A stretch of DNA of 64,000 nucleotides from Clostridiales bacterium (lineage in GTDB: Bacteria; Bacillota; Clostridia; Lachnospirales; JAQSXR01): positions 2,514 to 66,513 of the forward strand of contig JAQSXR010000004.1 in assembly GCA_029256575.1 (NCBI GenBank). The letters are read 5' to 3'. The position numbers and the translations under genes are program-made. The notes below the pieces were generated by a model. It did no database searches. It was not told where the DNA came from and was given only the letters and a program-made list of their open reading frames with translations. This document shows positions 50,730-60,724 of the stretch, piece after piece; the first letter of the stretch is position 1, and the number at the start of each line of letters is the position of its first letter.

Positions 50730-51902
50730 TTATTTTATAATATTTGGTAAAAAACTTTCGCCTGAAATGTCTCCATTGACATTAAATGCATCTAATATTG
50801 TTGCTGCAATATCTGCAAATGTTGGCCTTGTACCAATTGAATTATTTTCTTTTATCATCGCTCCATAAGCTAACATTGGAGTATATTCTCTTGAATGATC
50901 AGAACCTGGGAATCCAGGGTCACAACCATGATCTGCTGTAATAATTAGCAAGTCATCTTCTTTCATTTTGTCCATAAATTCACTAAGTTGTTTATCAAAA
51001 ACAGTTGCTGCGTTGGCATAACCATCTATATCATTTCTATGTCCATATAACATATCAAAATCAACTAGATTAACGAAACACAATCCTTTAAAATCTTCAT
51101 CCATTGTTTCTAGTGTTTTTTCCATTCCATCAACATTGCTTATAATGGAAGTTGTTTTTGCTATATTTTTACCTGCAAAAATATCATAAATCTTGCCAAT
51201 CCCTATCGTATCATAGCCATTTTCCGATAGGCAATCCAACATTGTTGTTTTTGGTGGTAATAATGAAAAATCGTGTCTATGTGGAGTTCTCTTATATTCA
51301 GGTTCACTTCCGATAAAAGGGCGTGCAATTACTCTGCCTACACTGTGATCTCCAGTTAATATTTCTCTTGCTATTCTACAGTATTGATATAAATCTTCAA
51401 GTGGAACTATTTCCTCATGAGCCGCTATTTGGAAAACACTATCCGCTGAAGTATATACGATTAATTTTCCAGTTTCAATATGTTCTTTCGCATAATCTGC
51501 AAGAACTTCAGTTCCAGAATAAGGTTTATTGCAAATAACACCCTTACCCGTTTGTTTTACAAATTCATCAATCACTTCTTTTGGAAAACCATTTGGATAG
51601 GTTGGAAGTGGTTTATCTGATATAATTCCTGAGATTTCCCAATGACCTATTGTTGTATCTTTTCCTCTTGAAGCCTCTTGTAATCTTCCATAAGAGCCTA
51701 TTGTAGCGTCTTCTTTCTCGCCACAATTAACTCCATCAATATTAAACAATCCCATTTTTTTCATATTAGGTGTATTATATAAGGGTGATTTTGTGATTGA
51801 GCCTAAAGTGTTACTTCCTACATCACCATATTTATCAGCATCAGGAGCTTCTCCGATCCCGTAACTATCAAGTACAATTAAAAATACTCTTTTGATATTC
51901 AT
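50730..51902 (-). CDS. deoB: Phosphopentomutase
   Basis: About 390 aa. VLDS.GIG, TADHGCDP. The ATG at 51902 is preceded by GGAGG. Confidence 0.93.
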   Translation of the reverse strand: MNIKRVFLIVLDSYGIGEAPDADKYGDVGSNTLGSITKSPLYNTPNMKKMGLFNIDGVNCGEKEDATIGSYGRLQEASRGKDTTIGHWEISGIISDKPLPTYPNGFPKEVIDEFVKQTGKGVICNKPYSGTEVLADYAKEHIETGKLIVYTSADSVFQIAAHEEIVPLEDLYQYCRIAREILTGDHSVGRVIARPFIGSEPEYKRTPHRHDFSLLPPKTTMLDCLSENGYDTIGIGKIYDIFAGKNIAKTTSIISNVDGMEKTLETMDEDFKGLCFVNLVDFDMLYGHRNDIDGYANAATVFDKQLSEFMDKMKEDDLLIITADHGCDPGFPGSDHSREYTPMLAYGAMIKENNSIGTRPTFADIAATILDAFNVNGDISGESFLPNIIK

Positions 51903-51947
51903 CTGTACCTCCATAAGGTAATTATCTACCTATAATAATATATTCGG

Positions 51948-52655
51948 TCATGCTATTTCTAATGCTATCTTTACCATATCATTAAAACTACTTTGTCTTT
52001 CTTCTGATGATGAACACTCGCCTGTTACTAATGAATCAGAAATAGTACAAATTGCTAATGCATTTTTGCCTGCTCTCGCAGCGTTCATATATAATGCAGC
52101 TGCTTCCATTTCAACAGCCATAACACCCATCTTCTGCCACTTCATACCACCCATTGAATCATCATAGAATGTATCAGAGGATAATAAGTTTCCTACTCTA
52201 TAATTTATATTTCCCATACTCTTTGCAACATCAATTCCTTTTTGTAAAAGTTCATAGGAAGCAATTGGTGCAAATGTTCCTGGCAATTCAAATTGCTTTG
52301 CAAAGCTGGAATTCGTACAAGCGCCCATACCGAAAACAACATCTCTAACATGTAAGTTGGCATGTAATGCACCAGCAGTACCAATTCTGATTATATTATC
52401 TACATTATACATATTAAATAATTCATAGGAATAAATACCGATAGATGGCATTCCCATTCCGCTCGCCATGACAGATACTTTCTTTCCTTTGTAAGTTCCT
52501 GTATATCCATTAATTCCTCTTACTTGATTAACTAAAACTGCGTCTTCTAAAAAAGTCTCAGCAATAAACTTCGCTCTTAGTGGATCTCCTGGCATTAAAA
52601 CTGTTTTTGCAAACTCGCCCTCTTTTGCCGCTATATGTGGTGTTGGAATACTCAT
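51948..52655 (-). CDS. deoD: Purine nucleoside phosphorylase DeoD-type
   Basis: 235 aa. PTPHI....G..A..VLMPGDPLRAK and VEMEAAAL. Confidence 0.93.
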   Translation of the reverse strand: MSIPTPHIAAKEGEFAKTVLMPGDPLRAKFIAETFLEDAVLVNQVRGINGYTGTYKGKKVSVMASGMGMPSIGIYSYELFNMYNVDNIIRIGTAGALHANLHVRDVVFGMGACTNSSFAKQFELPGTFAPIASYELLQKGIDVAKSMGNINYRVGNLLSSDTFYDDSMGGMKWQKMGVMAVEMEAAALYMNAARAGKNALAICTISDSLVTGECSSSEERQSSFNDMVKIALEIA

Positions 52656-52677
52656 ATTATAAATCTCCTATCGTTTT

Positions 52678-53343
52678 TTAATATCCTTTTACTTCTTGAT
52701 CTCTAACCATATTGATTGCTGAACTTGTTCCAATTCTACTACAACCTTCGTTAATAAACATTTCTAAATCTGCTATACTCTTAACTCCACCTGCTGCTTT
52801 AATCTTTACATTTGGTCCGATGTGTTCTTTGAATAGCTTAATATCTTCAATGGTTGCTCCCGCTGTGCCAAATCCAGTCGATGTCTTTATATAATCTGCT
52901 CCAGCATTGGTTACTGCTTCACACATTTTAATTTTTTCTTCTTTCGTTAAATAGCATGTTTCAATAATTACTTTTAATATTTTATTTCCTACAACATTTT
53001 TTAATTCAGCTATTTCTTCTTCTACTTTTTTGAAAAGTCCATTCTTAACATCTGTAATATTAATAACCATATCTACTTCATTTGCTCCATCAAGTAGAGC
53101 TTGTTTTGTCTCTGCAACTTTAGCTGCTGTAACACTATAACCTAGTGGAAATCCAACTACTGTGCAGATATTAATCTTCTCACCGTATTTGCTATTAATT
53201 CGTTCAATGTAGCAAGGAGGCACACATACAGATGCTGTTCCGTATTCAAGTGCCTCCTCACATAGTATCTGAATATCTTCCCATGATGCAACCGCTTTTA
53301 ATTGAGTGTGGTCAACATAATGCAATATATCTACTTTATTCAT
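52678..53343 (-). CDS. deoC: Deoxyribose-phosphate aldolase
   Basis: 221 aa. IDHT.LK, Schiff-base region ADYIKTSTGF. Confidence 0.93.
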   Translation of the reverse strand: MNKVDILHYVDHTQLKAVASWEDIQILCEEALEYGTASVCVPPCYIERINSKYGEKINICTVVGFPLGYSVTAAKVAETKQALLDGANEVDMVINITDVKNGLFKKVEEEIAELKNVVGNKILKVIIETCYLTKEEKIKMCEAVTNAGADYIKTSTGFGTAGATIEDIKLFKEHIGPNVKIKAAGGVKSIADLEMFINEGCSRIGTSSAINMVRDQEVKGY

Positions 53344-53620
53344 TTGAAATCTCCTTTTACAATATGTCTTAATGATTATAAGTTACTTATTTATTATATA
53401 TAACTTATAACTATATTATCATACCTTATATATAAATTCAATATTTAATATATTACACAAAATACGCAAAGTTAACATTTTCCGTTCATAATTATCTTTA
53501 ATGTGTACTCTCAATTCGTATAATGTGTAATAATTCACTTTGGAAATTAATTTCCTTTTTTATTATTTTACTCTTATTAAACAAATAAATCAAGTGCTAT
53601 CTAAATAACAATTTATACTG

Positions 53621-54550
53621 TTAATCTTCTATTTTAATGTTTCCACTTGTTGTAGAAGCCTGTATAATGACAGAACCACCTTCATAAATATCTGTTCCTG
53701 AATCTTCTTCCTTCATATCTGTAAATTCATTTTTAACATAGCCCGAAGATGTTGAGTATTTTAATTCAAAGCCATCATTATCCGGTAATCCTAATTCAAT
53801 ATTCCCTGAACTTGCTTCTGTTATTACCGAGATCTTTGGCATTTCTAGAAAATCAATGTCAATATTACCACTTGACGTATCTGCAGTAAATTTATTTGCT
53901 TCCACTTCGCCTTTAATATTACCTGAACTTGCTTCTGTATATATTTCATTTGATTTAACACGATCTAGGTCAATATTTCCTGAGGAAGCTTCTGCTTTTA
54001 ATTTTAATATATTTCCTTTTACTTTTATATTACCACTTGATGCTTTTAACTGCATTGAGCTAGTATCATCAATGTCAGTTTTTATATTACCAGATGATGT
54101 TTTTGCATCGATTTGAAGTGCTTGTATAGATTTGATTTCAATATTTCCTGAAGATGCTTCTAATTCATACTCTAAACTTGTACCTTCTGGTATGTATATT
54201 TGCACTCTATTATTCCCAAAACTTATTCCTATGGTAATATTTAGTTTTTTATTTTCTTTAATTACCATTGTTGTTCCACTTTGTTCTACGGTAGGAATAT
54301 CTTCTAAATCTCTATTACTATATACCTCAACTTTTACTTTATCACCCTTATATTCTTCAATTTCTAAATCAGATGAGGTTAAATCCACACTAATCTTATA
54401 TACTTCATTCGCTTCCACTGAAAATGTGGATTGTAATTTAGCGCTACCCCAAATTCCTATATCTCCCACTTTACTTAAACCATACCCAACAAGAACAATT
54501 ATGATAATTGTCCAAATAAACGCCTTATTTCTCATATAATTTCTATCCAC
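53621..54550 (-). CDS. Membrane-anchored DUF4097-like beta-helix repeat protein
   Basis: N-terminal TM helix, then about 9 repeats built around (A/T)SSGNI(K/D/E). Confidence 0.6.
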   Translation of the reverse strand: MDRNYMRNKAFIWTIIIIVLVGYGLSKVGDIGIWGSAKLQSTFSVEANEVYKISVDLTSSDLEIEEYKGDKVKVEVYSNRDLEDIPTVEQSGTTMVIKENKKLNITIGISFGNNRVQIYIPEGTSLEYELEASSGNIEIKSIQALQIDAKTSSGNIKTDIDDTSSMQLKASSGNIKVKGNILKLKAEASSGNIDLDRVKSNEIYTEASSGNIKGEVEANKFTADTSSGNIDIDFLEMPKISVITEASSGNIELGLPDNDGFELKYSTSSGYVKNEFTDMKEEDSGTDIYEGGSVIIQASTTSGNIKIED

Positions 54551-54880
54551 TTTTATTTCCCCCTATTAATTATAATATTTATGATTTATATGTACTACTA
54601 TTTACCTTTTTATACGAATAAAAAATCGAACTTATGTCATCACTTATATACAACTTTATACAGTTATTATATAGCTTTCTCCACATAACTGTCAATGAAT
54701 ACATTATTTGGTACAATATTCAAAACGCTGATTAAATATACAATATCGATTCAAAATACAATAAATTGAATTTTCATTTTGAACATAGCATGTTTTTTTT
54801 TGGATATAATATACCAAAATAAAAAGAAGTATTCTGCAAACCTAGTTTAACTCCGTATTTTTATTTATTATATTATGTAA

Positions 54881-56188
<1,308 letters not shown>

Positions 56189-56195
56189 AAAAAAC

Positions 56196-56220
56196 AAGTT
56201 TGCTATCACCTAGCAAACTT
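56196..56220. terminator. Bidirectional terminator between the GH1 and carboxypeptidase genes
   Basis: AAGTTTGCTA-tcacc-TAGCAAACTT flanked by A8 and a T-rich run. Confidence 0.75.
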
Positions 56221-56247
56221 ATTTTATATATTAATATTCCAAACCTG

Positions 56248-57129
56248 TTAATTCGCTTTAAGCTCTTTATACACTTCATAAGCATCAAAAATATTCTTTT
56301 GTTCCGTCTTCGTATTTCCTTCTGCTCCCGTTGTAACTAATATATATCTCTTATTATTTATATACGCATAACTTGCAAGACATAGACCCGCTGGTTCCGT
56401 ATAACCAGTCTTACCTCCCAATATTTCTTCCATAACAAGTTCAGCACTATCCATTTTGCTAAACATGGAGCTATAGAGTGTAATCCCATCTGGATGAAGA
56501 TTAGTAGATGCTGTGGTATGTTTTACTGAAGTAAATATCTCCATAAAAGTTTCATTATTCAATGCATACTGCAGTAATTTCGCAAGATCCATTACGGTTG
56601 TGTAATGTTTCGAATTATGCAACCCTGTAGAATTTGTAAAATTCGAATTATCCATTCCAAGTTCCTTCGCTTTATTGTTCATAAGTTGGGTAAATTCCTG
56701 TTCAGAACCCGCGACCATATCAGCTAATCCGATGCAACATTCCGCCCCAGACGGAAGTAGAGCCCCATATAGTAGGTCAATAACTTGAACTTCCTCCTCG
56801 GGTAAAAAACCTGCCATCGATGCATTCTCTCCATATAATATTTCAAACATAGTGGTTGGTAAAGTAATGTATTGTTGCAAGTCTGTAATATTTTCAATTG
56901 CTACGATTGCTGTCATTATTTTAGTTAAAGATGCAGGAAATATCTGTTCCTCACTTTTTTTATCAAAAATAACCTTAGAATCATCTAATCGGATTAGAAT
57001 GGCATTCGAACTATAAAGTTTATCAATCGACAATTGAAATGAATCCTTTGGCTCGATTATTTTATCAGCAAATCCTGGTATTGTATTATCAATATTAACA
57101 TCTTGAATTTCCTGGGTGATAGTTATCAC
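56248..57129 (-). CDS. D-alanyl-D-alanine carboxypeptidase (S11 peptidase), 5' end disrupted
   Basis: SxxK (ASLTKIMT), SGA(E) and KTG (GKTGYT) motifs. The frame stays open upstream to 57228 and encodes a TM anchor (YIVTILSLVIIFWLG) with no start codon. The first canonical start is GTG at 57129, which has no RBS. Confidence 0.8.
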   Translation of the reverse strand: MITITQEIQDVNIDNTIPGFADKIIEPKDSFQLSIDKLYSSNAILIRLDDSKVIFDKKSEEQIFPASLTKIMTAIVAIENITDLQQYITLPTTMFEILYGENASMAGFLPEEEVQVIDLLYGALLPSGAECCIGLADMVAGSEQEFTQLMNNKAKELGMDNSNFTNSTGLHNSKHYTTVMDLAKLLQYALNNETFMEIFTSVKHTTASTNLHPDGITLYSSMFSKMDSAELVMEEILGGKTGYTEPAGLCLASYAYINNKRYILVTTGAEGNTKTEQKNIFDAYEVYKELKAN

Positions 57130-57221
57130 ACGATTATTCTGCTTGTCCTGTATTGAAACGATTCCTTCTTCTAGTGTTTCACTTCCAAGCCAGAATATAA
57201 TTACTAGTGATAATATAGTTA

Positions 57222-57350
57222 CTATATATTATTGCAAAAAATGAGGAGATATATTTCATTTGTCAAATATAGTTCGGCTAAATCTACAATTTCTTTTTCG
57301 TCATCAACTACTAAAATTGTCTTATACCCCTCTATCTTTTTTATGTTCAC
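57222..57350 (-). pseudogene. Stub of a response-regulator gene (first ~25 codons of a receiver domain)
   Basis: My translation of the minus strand gives ...IEGYKTILVVDDEKEIVDLAELYLTNE, then nonsense (IYLLIFCNNI*). Similarity to an OmpR-type receiver N-terminus ends near 57255. Confidence 0.55.
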
Positions 57351-57465
57351 ATTATATCATAAATAAACAATTCCAAATTGTAAATTTCTTTTTTTTACAT
57401 ACTGAATCTTAATGTGGGTCATTCATTATTAAGTGTTATATCATCAAATAAAGGAGGATTAAATT

Positions 57466-58830
57466 ATGGCGGATACAATCATTAGAATACAAAGTATTGA
57501 ATTAGAGAATTTTAAAAATATACAAAAAGGAATTATTGATTTAACAAGCTACAGACAAAAAAGCTACTATACTGGTAAATCTGATATCATTGGAATTTAT
57601 GGACAAAATGGTTCTGGTAAAACAGCTGTAGTAGAAGCCTATCGATTATTTAAAATTATAGCAAGTGGTGAAAAGATTCCTGATGATATTCAGAATTATA
57701 TTTACGAACTTGAAGACACTGCTAAGTTAAAATTTGTATTTTATATTGAAAAAACGAATTATAAGTTCTTAGTATATTATGAATTTTCTATCAGAAGAAA
57801 AAATAATAATCAAGCAGAAATAGTGAATGAAAAATTAAGTAGTTCTGAGATATTAGAAAATACTAAAAAACACAAATATGATATCGTAGAATACGATATT
57901 GACTATATTGGTTCACCGATTCTTCCTATTGCTCGCTACAAAGAATTGATTAAGCAAAATAAAGAAAATGATGTTAATTTAAAAGTAATAAAGAAGTTAA
58001 CGAGAGAAAGAAGAAGGTCATTTATTTTTAATGATGATTTAATTGAACTATTTCATCAACACCCAAATGAACTCGGTTACGACATTATCTCTTCTATTAA
58101 GCATTTTGCAGTGATTAATTTATTTGTCATTACTACTCGTAATCCATCACCTATTAGTCTAAATTTAATTCCTTCAAATTATAGATTAGAAAACAGTAAT
58201 GATTATATCTCCATTAAATTATTAGACTCTTCCATAATTGACAGAAATCGTTATAATCTTGTTCTAACTATTATTGAACAAATCAATATAGTATTAACTA
58301 CAATAATCCCGCATTTACATTTAGAAGTAGTCGATTTAGGAAATGAGCTATCACATAGTGGAGATAAATTATTAAAATTCGAATTACTGTCGGTGAAGAA
58401 TGAAATTCGGATTCCACTTAAATATGAATCTGAAGGAATAATAAAGATTATTTCTATACTAAGCACCTTAATATCTATGTATAATAATCCTTCAATCTGC
58501 TTAATTGTTGACGAGCTTGATTCAGGAATATTTGAATATTTATTAGGCGAACTACTAAAAATAATAGAACAAAAAGGTAAAGGTCAGTTTTTATTTACTT
58601 CACATAATCTTCGTGCTCTAGAAATGTTAGACAAAGATTCTTTAGTCTTTAGTACTACAAATTCACGAAATAGATTCATTCGAATTAGGAATATAAAGAT
58701 GAATAATAATTTGAGGAATGTTTATTTGCGTGGAATTGATCTAGGTGGCTTAAGTGAATCTATCTACGAAGAAACAAATAGTTTTGAAATCGCTCATGCA
58801 TTTAGAAAAGCAGGTGAATTTTTTGAGTAA
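57466..58830 (+). CDS. ABC/SMC-type (AAA_15/AAA_21-like) ATPase, OLD-N-terminal-like; candidate defence ATPase
   Basis: 454 aa. RBS AAAGGAGGA. IELENFKNI, Walker A GQNGSGKT (46-53), YESEG (320-324), Walker B CLIVDELD (345-352), FTSHN (377-381). Confidence 0.85.
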   Translation: MADTIIRIQSIELENFKNIQKGIIDLTSYRQKSYYTGKSDIIGIYGQNGSGKTAVVEAYRLFKIIASGEKIPDDIQNYIYELEDTAKLKFVFYIEKTNYKFLVYYEFSIRRKNNNQAEIVNEKLSSSEILENTKKHKYDIVEYDIDYIGSPILPIARYKELIKQNKENDVNLKVIKKLTRERRRSFIFNDDLIELFHQHPNELGYDIISSIKHFAVINLFVITTRNPSPISLNLIPSNYRLENSNDYISIKLLDSSIIDRNRYNLVLTIIEQINIVLTTIIPHLHLEVVDLGNELSHSGDKLLKFELLSVKNEIRIPLKYESEGIIKIISILSTLISMYNNPSICLIVDELDSGIFEYLLGELLKIIEQKGKGQFLFTSHNLRALEMLDKDSLVFSTTNSRNRFIRIRNIKMNNNLRNVYLRGIDLGGLSESIYEETNSFEIAHAFRKAGEFFE

Positions 58831-59515
58831 AAAGATTGTACTATTTATTGTTGAAGGAATAACAGATGAAATTTCATTATCATTAGTTCTTTCTAAAATA
58901 ATTGAAGGTGATAAAATTGTAAAATTCAAAGTGATTAATGGAGATATTACAACCAAAACCGGTTCGAATCCAAGCAATATCCTCAACAAAATAACTAAGA
59001 TTATTAGTGAATTTATTGCGAGAGATGTATATGAAAAAAAAGATATTCTACAAGTAGTTCATTTAGTAGATACGGATGGTGCATTTATAAACGATAACTC
59101 TATCGTGCAAAAAGATATTAAATTTACTGATTATGATACACAATATATTTTTACTAAAAACGTAGAAAACATTAGAAATCGAAATGAGCAAAAAGCTGGC
59201 AATTTAAATAAACTGATTGAAACAGATACTGTATATACTAACCTCCCATATCGAACTTACTTCTTCTCTACCAATCTAGAACACGTACTTCATAATAATC
59301 AAGAAGTAATTGATCACGAGAAGAGTGAGTATTCTCAGATGTTTGAAAATAAGTTTGTTAAAAATCCATATAGTTTTATAGACTTTTTTAATAATCCTGA
59401 ATTTGCAGTAAGTGGGGATTATAATGAAACTTGGAATTTTATTCAGCAAGGTACTAATTCATTAAATCGATATTCAAATTTTCACTTGTACCTTAACACA
59501 ATAGAAAGAAAGTAG
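58754..59515 (+). CDS. Toprim-domain protein, RloB/AbiLii/AriB-like; candidate defence nuclease
   Basis: IVLFIVEGITDE (Toprim Glu), VVHLVDTDGAF (DxD), STNLEHVLH. Overlaps the ATPase gene. True start is uncertain: GTG 58754, ATG 58796, GTG 58814 or TTG 58823. Confidence 0.75.
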   Translation: MNLSTKKQIVLKSLMHLEKQVNFLSKKIVLFIVEGITDEISLSLVLSKIIEGDKIVKFKVINGDITTKTGSNPSNILNKITKIISEFIARDVYEKKDILQVVHLVDTDGAFINDNSIVQKDIKFTDYDTQYIFTKNVENIRNRNEQKAGNLNKLIETDTVYTNLPYRTYFFSTNLEHVLHNNQEVIDHEKSEYSQMFENKFVKNPYSFIDFFNNPEFAVSGDYNETWNFIQQGTNSLNRYSNFHLYLNTIERK

Positions 59516-59523
59516 GAATAGGA

Positions 59524-60518
59524 ATGAAAAAAGCATCTGTTTTATTAGATATACTGACTGTTAAAGATTTTACTTTTAGTAATCGATATGTATGTGCTCC
59601 TTTTGATATAGCAACTGCTTCTGTGACTGGTTTAGTTACAGAAGAACTTTTATCTATATATGAGCAACGCAAGGGACCATCTTTAATCGTAGTAGAGCAA
59701 GCGGCTATTACACTAGCAGGTCAATTAGAGAAAAACTAATCTTTGTAGACCGTGATGGATGTATTGATGGATTATCGAAACTGGTATCTGTTATACATAA
59801 TAACAATCAGGTTGCAGTTTTGCAAATAAATCACGCAGGAAGTGCTGCTAACACTGAATTAACTAAATTAGAAGCAGTAGCCCCTTCTGCAGTAATACAT
59901 CCTATATTGAATCGTTCTTTACCTAAAGCTTTGACCTTATCTGAGATCCAAGATATCAAAGATAAATTTGTTGATGCAGCTTTACGTGCTAAGAAGGCAG
60001 GTTTTGATGGAGTTGAGATCCATAACTGCCACGGATTTTTATTAACACAATTTCTTTCCCCGATAACAAACCTAAGAACAGATGAATATGGAGGTAGTCT
60101 AGAAAACAGAAGTCGCCTTCTTATGGAGATAACTTGTGCTGTACGTAAAGCAATTGGAGATGATTCTCTTCTTCTTGTTCGTTTAGGAGTGGATGACTTA
60201 ATATCAGGTGGTTTAACTTTAGAAGAAGGATGCATCGTATCAGCAATGCTTGAAAAAGCTGGTATTGATATTCTTGATGTCTCTACTGGACTTGTTCCTC
60301 CTCTCGGGTTACCCGGACCTGCTATGCTAAGAAAAACTCTAAAGACAGTTAAAGAACACGTAAATATTCCTGTTATCGGAGCGGGTGAGTTGGAAGAGAT
60401 TGAAATCGCAGAATACATGGTTGAACAGGGTGAGATAGACTTTATTGCCCTTGCAAGACCTATCATGCAACAACCAAATTTCGTTGAGGTATTATTAGAA
60501 AAAATAGCATTGAAATAG
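59524..60518 (+). pseudogene. NADH:flavin oxidoreductase (Old Yellow Enzyme family) split by a frameshift in an A5 run
   Basis: ORFs 59524-59739 and 59820-60518 join into one OYE-like protein (...QINHAG..., IHNCHGFLLTQFLSP.TN.RTDEYGGSLENR) if one A is added at 59731-59735. The frame from 59736 is open into the second ORF. Confidence 0.8.
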
Positions 60519-60577
60519 TGAAAATATATATTTGGTCTCTATTTGCGACTATATTGATGTATTTCTAGAATACAAAT

Positions 60578-60652
60578 AAACCAGCATAATAAACTGACCC
60601 CTGTCAAGCAGACATGGGTCAGTTCATTATAATTATCAATAATGCTGGTTTT
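60578..60652. terminator. Nested long stem-loop between convergent genes
   Basis: Outer stem AAACCAGCAT / ATGCTGGTTT. Inner stem ACTGACCC / GGGTCAGT. Confidence 0.65.
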
Positions 60653-60724
60653 CTATTTTCTTATTGATTTATTTATTTGATTCTTATTTTATTTATTTAC
60701 CGATTAATTTATGGTTATAACCTA

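Noticed and set aside
53542-53555. Perfect 14-bp palindrome GGAAATTAATTTCC about 200 bp upstream of deoC, considered as a cre/DeoR-type operator or terminator
   Set aside because: It lacks the central CG of cre sites. The T-run is on the non-transcribed (plus) side. No regulator can be assigned from the sequence alone.
57241-57262. ATG at 57260-57258 giving MKYISSFFAIIYSNYIITSNYILAWK*, considered as the frameshifted start of the carboxypeptidase
   Set aside because: It has no RBS. The ATG straddles codons of the response-regulator stub frame. The deletion-junction explanation fits all three frames better.
59831-60466. 211-aa minus-strand ORF
   Set aside because: It is antisense to the clearly recognisable OYE coding frame (IHNCHGFLLTQFLSP...) and has no motifs of its own.
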